DNA from: an uncultured Candidatus Saccharibacteria bacterium
Lineage (GTDB): Bacteria > Patescibacteriota > Minisyncoccia > Minisyncoccales > Staskawiczbacteraceae
Assembly (NCBI GenBank): GCA_964475855.1
Contig: CAYZAV010000001.1
Location: 143,014-207,013 of the forward strand
Length of the DNA: 64,000 bases
Reading direction: 5' to 3'
In this document: positions 26,736 through 34,408 of the stretch, piece after piece
Numbering within the stretch: the first letter of the stretch is position 1
Layout of the letters: every line of letters starts with the position of its first letter
Position numbers and translations under genes: made by a program
The notes under the pieces: generated by a model
Seen by the model: only the letters and a program-made list of their open reading frames with translations
The model's database searches: none
What the model was told of the DNA's origin: nothing

Positions 26736-28550
26736 CTAACTTCCATCTTCCGTAGCATTGCTTTGTTTTAACTTTTTCCGAGCTTCGCGGATTTTTTCCA
26801 CTTCGCCGGGGGCGGTGGTGATGATCTGGTCTTCTGTGTAACTGGCTTTAACACTCATAAATACATGTTTTTTACCGGCGAAAAATAACCCTTCGCCTAC
26901 CGAAGCTTCCAGGAGTAAATTCTTTTCTTGTTCAGTCAGATTAAACGTTTTTTCTAGGATTTCTACGGCCGCCGGTGATTGTTTAAGTAATAACTGCAGC
27001 GAAGAGTTGGTAATAATAGCCTTGCCATAGGAAGACTTCATAAAATCTTCAATGTCTTGGGTGATAGTGGTAACTCCCAACCAATACTTGCGTCCGCGTT
27101 TTACTAGGCCGAATAGGAATGAGGCGCCGTCTTCGGTTTGCATCAGCCACCAGGCTTCGTCCACTACTAGAATACGTTTTTTGGCCTTACTACGTACAAT
27201 ATTCCAAATATATCGCATAACAATAAAGAGGGCAATCGGTTTTAGTGTCTCTTCCATATCGCGGATGCCAAACACAATAAGCTGTTTATCAATGACGATG
27301 TTAGACTTTTGGTTGAAAAATCCGGAAAAACTGCCTTCGGTGAATTTTTTCAAGCGGCGGGCCAAGGATTCGGCTCCGGTCATATTTTCCAACACCTGTC
27401 CGAAATCAGCCATAATAGGCACGTTTTCCTGCCAGGTAGCCGGGTCGGATGTCGGGGTGATGTCGCGGATGGCATACGTTTCACTGATGGCTTGGTCTAA
27501 AATACTATCTTCTTCCGCTGTCAGTCCGCCCATCATAATGCGTAGCAATCCAACTAGGTTGATAACGTTGGAACGTAACACGTCTTCGGGATTATCATCG
27601 GGTCCGGGCACCGGCAAATCAAACGGGTTGACGTGGTGCTCGGATGTCAAAGAAATTTTAAAGAAATTACCCCCTACCCCATCAGCCAAAAATTCATATT
27701 CATTTTCCGGGTCAATAATAATGACATCAATGCCCCACATCAGGTAACGCAGGATTTCAAGCTTGATGGCGTAGGATTTCCCGGAGCCGGACTTTGCAAA
27801 CACTACCATGTTGGCGTTTTCCAAAGTAAAGCGGTCAAAGAGCACTAGGGAATTATTGTGGCCGTTAACGCCGTATAAAATGCCTTCGTTACTGCTTAAA
27901 TCAAAAGAAATAAAAGGAAAGGTGGTGCTTAATGGTTCGGTATTCATGGGCACATGAATATCCACCAAGTCCATGCCATAGGGGTTTGAAGAAATAAACC
28001 CTTCACGCTGTTTAAAGAGCGCCGGTTTTATGTAAATCAAGCGGGATTCAAAAATAGACCGCAGCGAACTTTCCACTTCCCGCATTTTTTCGGCGTTATT
28101 TTCATAAATGGTGATATATAACCCGAACCGGAACATTTTTTCCTGTGCCGTCACAATTTTGTCGCGCAGCGTTTCAATATCCTGGTAACCCGTTTCCAGG
28201 GCCGGGTCACGGATTAAGCCTTTTTCTTGGCGTTCCAATAATTCCGAAGCCACCTGCGTCACTTTGGACCGCAGTTTTTTCAAAATGACTTCATTGTTGA
28301 CCGGGTGGATGAAAAAACAGATATCCATGGGGACATTCAAATTAATGGCAGGGGAAAGCCAGCCGGTATTTAAATAGCGCGGATAAGAAAAAATAAAAAA
28401 TGATTTGACGAATTTTTCGCCAAGGTTAATGTGGTCCTGGGCAATGCCAATATATGGCGGCGCAATAATATCCTTAATATCAAGCGCTTCGCTGCCATGT
28501 TCGGTCAAATTATCCAAGTCTTCTTTTTTCTTAAAAAAAGGAATTTTCAT
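26736..28550 (-). CDS. virB4: VirB4/TrbE-family type IV secretion ATPase
   Basis: Walker A AKSGSGKS, Walker B ILVVDEAW, and overall Gram-positive-type VirB4 layout. Confidence 0.8.
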   Translation of the reverse strand: MKIPFFKKKEDLDNLTEHGSEALDIKDIIAPPYIGIAQDHINLGEKFVKSFFIFSYPRYLNTGWLSPAINLNVPMDICFFIHPVNNEVILKKLRSKVTQVASELLERQEKGLIRDPALETGYQDIETLRDKIVTAQEKMFRFGLYITIYENNAEKMREVESSLRSIFESRLIYIKPALFKQREGFISSNPYGMDLVDIHVPMNTEPLSTTFPFISFDLSSNEGILYGVNGHNNSLVLFDRFTLENANMVVFAKSGSGKSYAIKLEILRYLMWGIDVIIIDPENEYEFLADGVGGNFFKISLTSEHHVNPFDLPVPGPDDNPEDVLRSNVINLVGLLRIMMGGLTAEEDSILDQAISETYAIRDITPTSDPATWQENVPIMADFGQVLENMTGAESLARRLKKFTEGSFSGFFNQKSNIVIDKQLIVFGIRDMEETLKPIALFIVMRYIWNIVRSKAKKRILVVDEAWWLMQTEDGASFLFGLVKRGRKYWLGVTTITQDIEDFMKSSYGKAIITNSSLQLLLKQSPAAVEILEKTFNLTEQEKNLLLEASVGEGLFFAGKKHVFMSVKASYTEDQIITTAPGEVEKIREARKKLKQSNATEDGS

Positions 28551-28559
28551 GAGTAAAAT

Positions 28560-29231
28560 TTATTTAAGCAGTTCCGGCAATATTTCCGGATAGTATCCCA
28601 CTTCGGCTTCATCGGGATGGTGGATGGCCCAGTATAATTCTATCAGTTCCGGGGTAGTGAGCGGTATGACTTCCAACCCGCAGCGTTTTAAACCCATGGC
28701 TACGAATTCCATTCGCTGCCAGAGCTGGTTTTTCACTTTTTCAAAATTAGCATCAGAAAGGTTGTTGTCTTTGTCATTCGGGTCTTTTTTCTTAAATAGC
28801 CTTCCCAAACCCTTGCTTTTCAATCCCGCGCCCACCCCTAATATTTGGGAGATGGTATAAGGGATGACCACATAAAAACTTTTGGTCATAATGGAATTTC
28901 CCTTGACCAGTTCCCGGATAAACTGCTGATAAGAAGATGTTTGGGTTTTAAGTAGTTCGTTTTCCTGTTGTTCTTCCAAGGCTTTAATATTATCTAAATA
29001 TGGAGTGATATTGATTTTGCGTGACTGGATGACAATCTGGCAGGTAAAATCCAGGGAATTCAAAAAACTCTGGAAGGCGAAAATAATGGCATTTTGTTCT
29101 TCGGAAGATTTAAGGGCAAAATTCATAGAAGAAACCATCAAAATTCCCCGGATCCCATCGTTCTTCAAAACCACCACGCCTTCGCGTATTTCTTTTATCT
29201 CCAAAAATTCTTGTGTAGCAGGTTCTGGCAT
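28560..29231 (-). CDS. VirB4 N-terminal-domain-like protein (no ATPase domain)
   Basis: The FLEIKEIREGVVVLKNDGIRGILMVSSMNFALKSSEEQ pattern resembles the N-domain of conjugative VirB4 ATPases. It ends 9 nt before virB4. Confidence 0.45.
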   Translation of the reverse strand: MPEPATQEFLEIKEIREGVVVLKNDGIRGILMVSSMNFALKSSEEQNAIIFAFQSFLNSLDFTCQIVIQSRKINITPYLDNIKALEEQQENELLKTQTSSYQQFIRELVKGNSIMTKSFYVVIPYTISQILGVGAGLKSKGLGRLFKKKDPNDKDNNLSDANFEKVKNQLWQRMEFVAMGLKRCGLEVIPLTTPELIELYWAIHHPDEAEVGYYPEILPELLK

Positions 29232-29236
29232 ATGTT

Positions 29237-29714
29237 AATTTGAAATTTACAATTTGAAATTTGAATTCAATTTGAAATGGTTAAATATTAAATTTAAAAA
29301 TTAGTTTTTTGTTGAGTAAGCAATTTTACCGAATATTAGTATGAATTCTTTTGACTCTTGCCAGAGATTTCTGCAGTCTTCCTTTATTTTACCATTATCT
29401 ATAGATTCTCCTAGTAACTCCAACCAATACAGAGTTTCCTTGGATTCTTTCTTGCAGATAAATATTTTATTCTGAAAGTCTTTTCTGCTTGATGCGCCAT
29501 TTGCTTCCCGGTAATTCGCCCCGATACTGGTGCCTGAACGTATTAACTGATTGATTAAAGGTATGGTAGTGATGCTTTTTGGACATAGGTTGCAAAAAGT
29601 AATTAACTTGCGGGAAAAATCCAAGGTTCTTTTTTCTAAGTCGTAAGCTTTTTCAAATTCAGCCATTTGCTTTTTTCAAATTGAATTCAAATTTCAAATT
29701 GTAAATTTCAAATT
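29237..29714. mobile_element. IR-bounded cassette C: perfect 41-bp arms around a four-helix-bundle gene
   Basis: 29237-29277 is the exact reverse complement of 29674-29714. It sits between the start of 28560..29231 and the stop of 29714..30121. Confidence 0.85.
29301..29666 (-). CDS. Four-helix-bundle protein (23S rRNA intervening-sequence protein family)
   Basis: LIRSGTSIGANYREA...KESKETLYWLELL. Confidence 0.8.
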   Translation of the reverse strand: MAEFEKAYDLEKRTLDFSRKLITFCNLCPKSITTIPLINQLIRSGTSIGANYREANGASSRKDFQNKIFICKKESKETLYWLELLGESIDNGKIKEDCRNLWQESKEFILIFGKIAYSTKN

Positions 29715-30121
29715 TACTTGCGTGTCTCTACCTTAGTTTTAACATCTTTTAGCGCACTGTGCTGCATTTTCATGGACGTTTTGGCTGTTTCTAGTACGGC
29801 AATCGGTTCGGGTTTTTTATGGACTTTAAACGGATAGGGCACTTCTTTCTTTTTCCAGGTATAGGTTTTTGACTTGGTGGCAAACCCGATAAAATTCATC
29901 AAGACGGTAGTAACCGACATGTTGTTGAGTTTTATAAACGCCACTACAAACGTTATTAGCGCGGTAAACCCGGCAAGGACAATGGCAAACAGCAGGCGCA
30001 GGAGCAGGAAATATCCAAGGCACAAAAATCCGCCAATAACCACCATCCAAAATTGCTTGAATGTCAAAAAAGCAATAATTTTCCCCTCTTCTTCTATAAA
30101 TTGTGGTGTTGGATACTGCAT
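29714..30121 (-). CDS. PrgI-family (VirB3-like) membrane protein
   Basis: MQYPTPQFIEEEGKIIAFLTFKQF followed by two TM helices, the typical PrgI layout. Confidence 0.6.
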   Translation of the reverse strand: MQYPTPQFIEEEGKIIAFLTFKQFWMVVIGGFLCLGYFLLLRLLFAIVLAGFTALITFVVAFIKLNNMSVTTVLMNFIGFATKSKTYTWKKKEVPYPFKVHKKPEPIAVLETAKTSMKMQHSALKDVKTKVETRK

Positions 30122-30142
30122 AAAATTTATTCAATAAATTTT

Positions 30143-30224
30143 CGCGGAATAATGCGGAATTTTACGCGGAACTAAGCGGAATTTTTCGTTTTATTCCGTG
30201 TGAATTTCCGTGTCATTCTGCGCG
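30143..30224. repeat. Cargo-less oligo-repeat hairpin (GCGGAAT units)
   Basis: Four direct GCGGAA(T/C) units followed by the inverted units ATTCCGTG, TTTCCGTG and ATTCTGCGCG. Confidence 0.55.
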
Positions 30225-30233
30225 ATGATAATG

Positions 30234-30818
30234 TTAATTATCATCAATAGGTTCTCTATAACTATCCGGCCCTCTGGTCTCTGTTTCGGGCTGGATTACG
30301 GTGCGGGCTTTAGTTAATTTTTCAGCATTTTCTTCTACATTCTGGGTTTCCCTTAATTGTTCTTTGGTTTGGCGAAGTTTTTCAGCGTTTTCTTCAACAT
30401 TTTTAAACTCTACTTTTTTATCAAATGGAAAAACCGGTTTTTTGTTTGTACTTTCCATCAAGGCTCTTAAGGACTCTTTTTTAGCATTATACTTTATCAA
30501 TTCTTCTTCTTTGACAATATCCAATAATGGAACCAGGTTATGCATAATATCTAGTGATATGTTCTTAATAGTCGTTCGGGGTAGGCGCAGTTTTTCTTCT
30601 AGGGTATTAAAAAATACTTCGTTGGATATTTTCCCCTTAAGCAGATCTTTTATTAAATGGTCTACTATTACTACATTCGGCATCCTTTTTTCCCGGTAGT
30701 CTTTTGAAACTTGGTCGTCGGTTTCCTGTAAATTATTTTTCCGTAAAATTCCTTCAAGTGCCAAATCGGCCTTTTGGGGGAAAATAATAACTAAATTATC
30801 TTTTTTTGGAAGATTCAT
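30234..30818 (-). CDS. Hypothetical protein of the T4SS-like operon
   Basis: 194 aa with a C-terminal tandem NVEENAEKL repeat; no family recognised. Confidence 0.6.
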   Translation of the reverse strand: MNLPKKDNLVIIFPQKADLALEGILRKNNLQETDDQVSKDYREKRMPNVVIVDHLIKDLLKGKISNEVFFNTLEEKLRLPRTTIKNISLDIMHNLVPLLDIVKEEELIKYNAKKESLRALMESTNKKPVFPFDKKVEFKNVEENAEKLRQTKEQLRETQNVEENAEKLTKARTVIQPETETRGPDSYREPIDDN

Positions 30819-30824
30819 GATAGG

Positions 30825-33290
30825 TTAAGGCAGTCTAGTGATTGCCGTTTTAAGGTTATTTAACCTGCGTTCTTCAGTTGTATCTCCTGCGGTTACTGCA
30901 TCTGTAATTTGGTTGTCTATTCCACCTGCAATAGTAATCAAAGTTTTTAAATGTGCTCTTGTGCCTGCTGGTGCTGATTGGAAGTCCCTAATAATATTCG
31001 GTGTAAAAGCTCCGCTAGTTACTACAACATTTATAGTAAGGTCGCTAATAGGAATTTGCTGTTTGACATTTTCTTTCATGCTAGAAATTCTCCTTTCTAA
31101 TTGCTCTAGTCTTACCTCCTGTCGTGCAGTAGCAATGTTAGCAGGGTTCTTCACACCACCTAAATTATTATTAATATATTCATCAATTTTCTTTTGATTA
31201 AATTCTGAGGCCCGATAATCGGATTCTTCAATATTTCTTGGCTTGACTCCATTGCGGTTTGCTTCACCGACAAATTGTTCAAGCTCGGCGGCAGTAAGTC
31301 TTCCAAGCTGCCCATCTTTTGCCATCTGTTGAATAATTTGAGAACGGTCAAATGCAGCATCTTTCCCGGATCGCCCCACTCTGAGTTCGTCAACTCTTTG
31401 GTCTGCACTCATAGCTTCTACGCGCTTCAATCGATCATCTTCATTGACTTTTTTTAATTTATCTTCATCTCTTAGTTTTTGGTTGAGAGCTGTTCTCCCT
31501 GGGGGAAGGCCTCCAAGATATTCGCGTGTCTGAGTAAATTTATCTTTTGTCCAATTAAATGCATCTTTGCTCTTGTCTTTTAAATAAGTTCCCCCCATTT
31601 TTCCTATTCCACTAGCAGTCAACGAAGCCCCGCCAGTCACAATAGCACTGGCCACTTGGGTGGCGATGCCAATGGCGGCTTTGGCGATGGGGCCGGAATT
31701 TTTGGAGGCCATGCGAAGGCCGATGGCTAAAAAGCCAATGACTACGGCGAAGTTGGCTAAAATACGCATTAAGTGTTCGGGGCGGTCGGCGGTCCAGATC
31801 AGGGCGGGGTTGTTTAAAATATCAACCGAAAGCCGTAAAAAGAAAGCGGCGGGGATTAAGATAAAACAATATTTGATAAAATTATGCCACCACTCGCCCC
31901 ATATTTTATTGGCTTCGCCTGAAGGTAGGACCCGGAAGACAAAGACAATAGGGGAAACAATGAATAAAAAGGCCAGGGCAAGGTAGCGCTGCACCACCAT
32001 GAAGGAAAAATAGATAAACGCGGCGGCAATCATTAGGTATAGAATATTGAAAACAGAGCTGATGGTAAAGTATTGGATAGCCTGGTTAAAATCAATGGGG
32101 TGGCGAAGCGGTCTAACAATGTTGTTCCAGGCGTTATTGACTTTTAACACCAGTCCAATTTCTTTTTCACCCCCCACCGTCAGGGTGCGTATCACCAGAT
32201 TACTGGCATCAATGGTAATGCCCACAAACACCACTGAAAAATTAATCAGCAATGCGGTAATGATGATTTTAGGCAGCAGCGCTTTTGCCTTATCCGCCCA
32301 TTCGCGGATTTGCAAGATAAGCATGGTGGCGGCGGCAACCAGGGCAAGGACGATCAAAATATTAGCGTAACTTTTTACCGTATCCCAGGCGCTTAACAAT
32401 ACAGCTGAAATGCCAATACCCTTAGTGATAGACCAGCGGTTATCTGGGTCCTGAATCAGTTCGCTTAAAATATATCGGAATATTTCTGATGCATAATAGG
32501 CAATGTAGTAGCAAGCCCCCGAAAAGAAATTGGTGATTTCCACCAACAGAAAGGTGAAAAATTCATCCCAGGAAAGGGACCAGTGGGCGGAGAATTCGGT
32601 GAAGAAGTCGGTGACGCGGTCCATGGCGTTGGATATTCCATAGAAAATACCAGTAAAACTGCTAGGGTCTTCCACATTAATAACTAATGTATTAGAGCAG
32701 CCAGCTATTGGAAACCAAGTTCCTCCGGCATCATCTTTTGAGTTAGGCAATACCTCGTTGAAGCTCCCAGGGTTTTTTCTTCCAGCTGGCGGTAAAACTC
32801 CAAAGGGGCAGGCTATAATTTGGATGCGTCGAGGGAATGAGACATTCCAGTTTGTAGCATACATTGCAAACGTTGGCTCTAGATTAACCGTTACTTGAAG
32901 ATTGTTAATATAGGTTGTTTGACTTATCTTGACTGTATATTCTTTTATGGGCAGACCAAAGTCGTATACTTTAGATCCAATGCGTTGGGGATTATGCCAC
33001 TCACTCCAGTCGTAAATAGGCAAAACATCGTCAAATTGATATCGTGCCCAAATGCTGGTTTGTGGGGTAAAAAATAGTCCATTTATGGTGAATGTTTGTA
33101 GATTTCCTGAATAGCCTATGGGAAACGTAGATGTTGGCCGGTTTACAAAAACCCTTTTTGGTATCACAGATTCCAAAGATTCAACCGCAGAGGCACTTTT
33201 TGGTACAAAAAACCCACCTAACACAAACACTAAAACAGCCAAAAAGACTGTTTTTTTGTGGTTACGTATTGCGCTAAAAAAACTTGCCAT
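30825..33290 (-). CDS. VirB6/TrbL-like polytopic membrane protein with N-terminal extracellular and C-terminal cytoplasmic domains
   Basis: Signal peptide, a roughly 190-aa N-domain, a block of several TM helices, and a roughly 270-aa charged C-terminal region. First gene of the operon. Confidence 0.5.
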   Translation of the reverse strand: MASFFSAIRNHKKTVFLAVLVFVLGGFFVPKSASAVESLESVIPKRVFVNRPTSTFPIGYSGNLQTFTINGLFFTPQTSIWARYQFDDVLPIYDWSEWHNPQRIGSKVYDFGLPIKEYTVKISQTTYINNLQVTVNLEPTFAMYATNWNVSFPRRIQIIACPFGVLPPAGRKNPGSFNEVLPNSKDDAGGTWFPIAGCSNTLVINVEDPSSFTGIFYGISNAMDRVTDFFTEFSAHWSLSWDEFFTFLLVEITNFFSGACYYIAYYASEIFRYILSELIQDPDNRWSITKGIGISAVLLSAWDTVKSYANILIVLALVAAATMLILQIREWADKAKALLPKIIITALLINFSVVFVGITIDASNLVIRTLTVGGEKEIGLVLKVNNAWNNIVRPLRHPIDFNQAIQYFTISSVFNILYLMIAAAFIYFSFMVVQRYLALAFLFIVSPIVFVFRVLPSGEANKIWGEWWHNFIKYCFILIPAAFFLRLSVDILNNPALIWTADRPEHLMRILANFAVVIGFLAIGLRMASKNSGPIAKAAIGIATQVASAIVTGGASLTASGIGKMGGTYLKDKSKDAFNWTKDKFTQTREYLGGLPPGRTALNQKLRDEDKLKKVNEDDRLKRVEAMSADQRVDELRVGRSGKDAAFDRSQIIQQMAKDGQLGRLTAAELEQFVGEANRNGVKPRNIEESDYRASEFNQKKIDEYINNNLGGVKNPANIATARQEVRLEQLERRISSMKENVKQQIPISDLTINVVVTSGAFTPNIIRDFQSAPAGTRAHLKTLITIAGGIDNQITDAVTAGDTTEERRLNNLKTAITRLP

Positions 33291-33313
33291 TCCTATGTGG
33301 TATAAATTCAGTT

Positions 33314-33357
33314 ATTATACCACTAATTAGCCTGTCAATAAATTGTGGATATCCACA
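33314..33357 (-). promoter_or_regulatory. Operon promoter (extended -10 TGgTATAAT) with an upstream 14-bp palindrome TGTGGATATCCACA
   Basis: The reverse complement of 33314-33322 is TGGTATAAT. The palindrome lies at 33344-33357. Confidence 0.5.
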
Positions 33358-33370
33358 GCGTTTTCTGTGG

Positions 33371-33404
33371 AAAAAAAGCGCCCCGACCGTGGTCGGGGCG
33401 CTTT
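33371..33404 (-). terminator. Rho-independent terminator after rsmA and the small ORF
   Basis: GC-rich stem GCGCCCCGACC / GGTCGGGGCGC followed by T7 on the minus strand. Confidence 0.8.
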
Positions 33405-33416
33405 ACCAGCCTAATA

Positions 33417-33542
33417 TTAGTATTCTAATGCTTTAAGTAGCTCATTAAAATCAGCTTTAGTAGCTTTGGTGTCTAATTTTCCTTCTATATTACGGAATTT
33501 CTCATCCAAATATTGGATAAGCTCAGAAAAATCTTCTTTCAT
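33417..33542 (-). CDS. 41-aa ORF translationally coupled to rsmA
   Basis: ATGA overlap with the rsmA TGA stop. Product MKEDFSELIQYLDEKFRNIEGKLDTKATKADFNELLKALEY, with a terminator directly downstream. Too short for the ORF track. Confidence 0.45.
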   Translation of the reverse strand: MKEDFSELIQYLDEKFRNIEGKLDTKATKADFNELLKALEY

Positions 33543-34378
33543 AGATTTACTATAATCTCGCCGTAACTGCTTGTCAAATTTTTCCAATCCTGCAGGCTAA
33601 GCGTTTCTGCACGGCGTTTGGCATCAATATTATTTTTCAAAAGCCAAGCACTAATAGCTTCTTTATCTTTTTTAAGGGCTTTAGAGAGGTTTCCTGCTAA
33701 TTGCTTGCGCGGTGCTGAAAAACCGGCTTTAACTAGAGTGAAGAATATTTCAGGGTCAATTGTCGATTTTTCCTTGTGCGGGGTGATGGAAATAATAGCC
33801 GAGTCCACGTTGGGTGCCGGCCAGAAGCAATTTTTGGAAACGTAGGAAATAACTTTGGGAGTGGCGTAAAACTGTACCGAAAGGGCCAGAATACTCATGT
33901 CTGGCGGCTTGGCGCAAATACGCTTTGCCACTTCTTTTTGAACCATCAACACCATAATAGTTGGTTGGTGTTTTTCCTCCAGAAATTTTCTGATGATGGG
34001 CGAGGTGATATAGTACGGGATGTTGGCGACTAACTTATAATTTGAAATTTGAAATTTGAAATTTGAAATTTCGAGCGCGTTGCCCTGGACGACTTCTACA
34101 TTGTTAAAGCCTGCTAGTGTTTCTTGTAAAATTTCTACCATGGCGCGGTCTTTTTCTATGGCAATGACATTGCCCGCCTTTTCTGCCAATGCCCTGGTAA
34201 GAGTGCCAATGCCCGGACCAATTTCTAAAACTGTATCCTGGCTGGAAAGCTCTGCCGCCGCAATAATTTTTTCTAAAATCCGTCCGTCAATCAAAAAATT
34301 CTGGCCAAGCCGTTTGGATGGCGCGGCAGCATGTTTTGCTAATAATTCCTTGATTACCGAGGGGGAGATAATGTCCAT
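33539..34378 (-). CDS. rsmA: 16S rRNA (adenine1518/1519-N6)-dimethyltransferase
   Basis: LGQNFLID, EIGPGIGTLT, ANIPYYITSPI. Confidence 0.9.
   Translation of the reverse strand: MDIISPSVIKELLAKHAAAPSKRLGQNFLIDGRILEKIIAAAELSSQDTVLEIGPGIGTLTRALAEKAGNVIAIEKDRAMVEILQETLAGFNNVEVVQGNALEISNFKFQISNYKLVANIPYYITSPIIRKFLEEKHQPTIMVLMVQKEVAKRICAKPPDMSILALSVQFYATPKVISYVSKNCFWPAPNVDSAIISITPHKEKSTIDPEIFFTLVKAGFSAPRKQLAGNLSKALKKDKEAISAWLLKNNIDAKRRAETLSLQDWKNLTSSYGEIIVNL
34039..34074. repeat. Tandem AATTTGAA octamers (4.5 units) inside the rsmA coding sequence
   Basis: Encodes the in-frame NFKFQISN of ...EISNFKFQISNYKLVANIPY. It uses the same 12-mer AATTTGAAATTT that occurs twice in the cassette C arm. Confidence 0.8.
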
Positions 34379-34408
34379 ATATGCCGATTATATCACAAGA
34401 GAGCGTCT

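Larger units (their letters stand above)
26418..26746. mobile_element. Decayed IR-bounded cassette D
   Basis: Imperfect outer IR (26418-26460 versus 26701-26746) built from the units GGAGCTGG, GGAAGTTAGGAG and AATAGAAT. It encloses a four-helix-bundle gene remnant. Confidence 0.5.

Noticed and set aside
28548-28562. The VirB4 N-domain ORF followed 9 nt later by virB4, read as a frameshifted or split single gene.
   Set aside because: The 604-aa VirB4 has its own complete N-terminal region. The 223-aa ORF ends with a clean TAA, and the next gene has its own ATG. The pair is better read as paralogous domains than as a broken gene, although this needs alignment to confirm.
33539-33541. Alternative genetic code (UGA recoded, as in some CPR lineages).
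   Set aside because: rsmA ends on TGA at a position consistent with orthologs. All recognised genes are intact under code 11, with no in-frame TGA needed.
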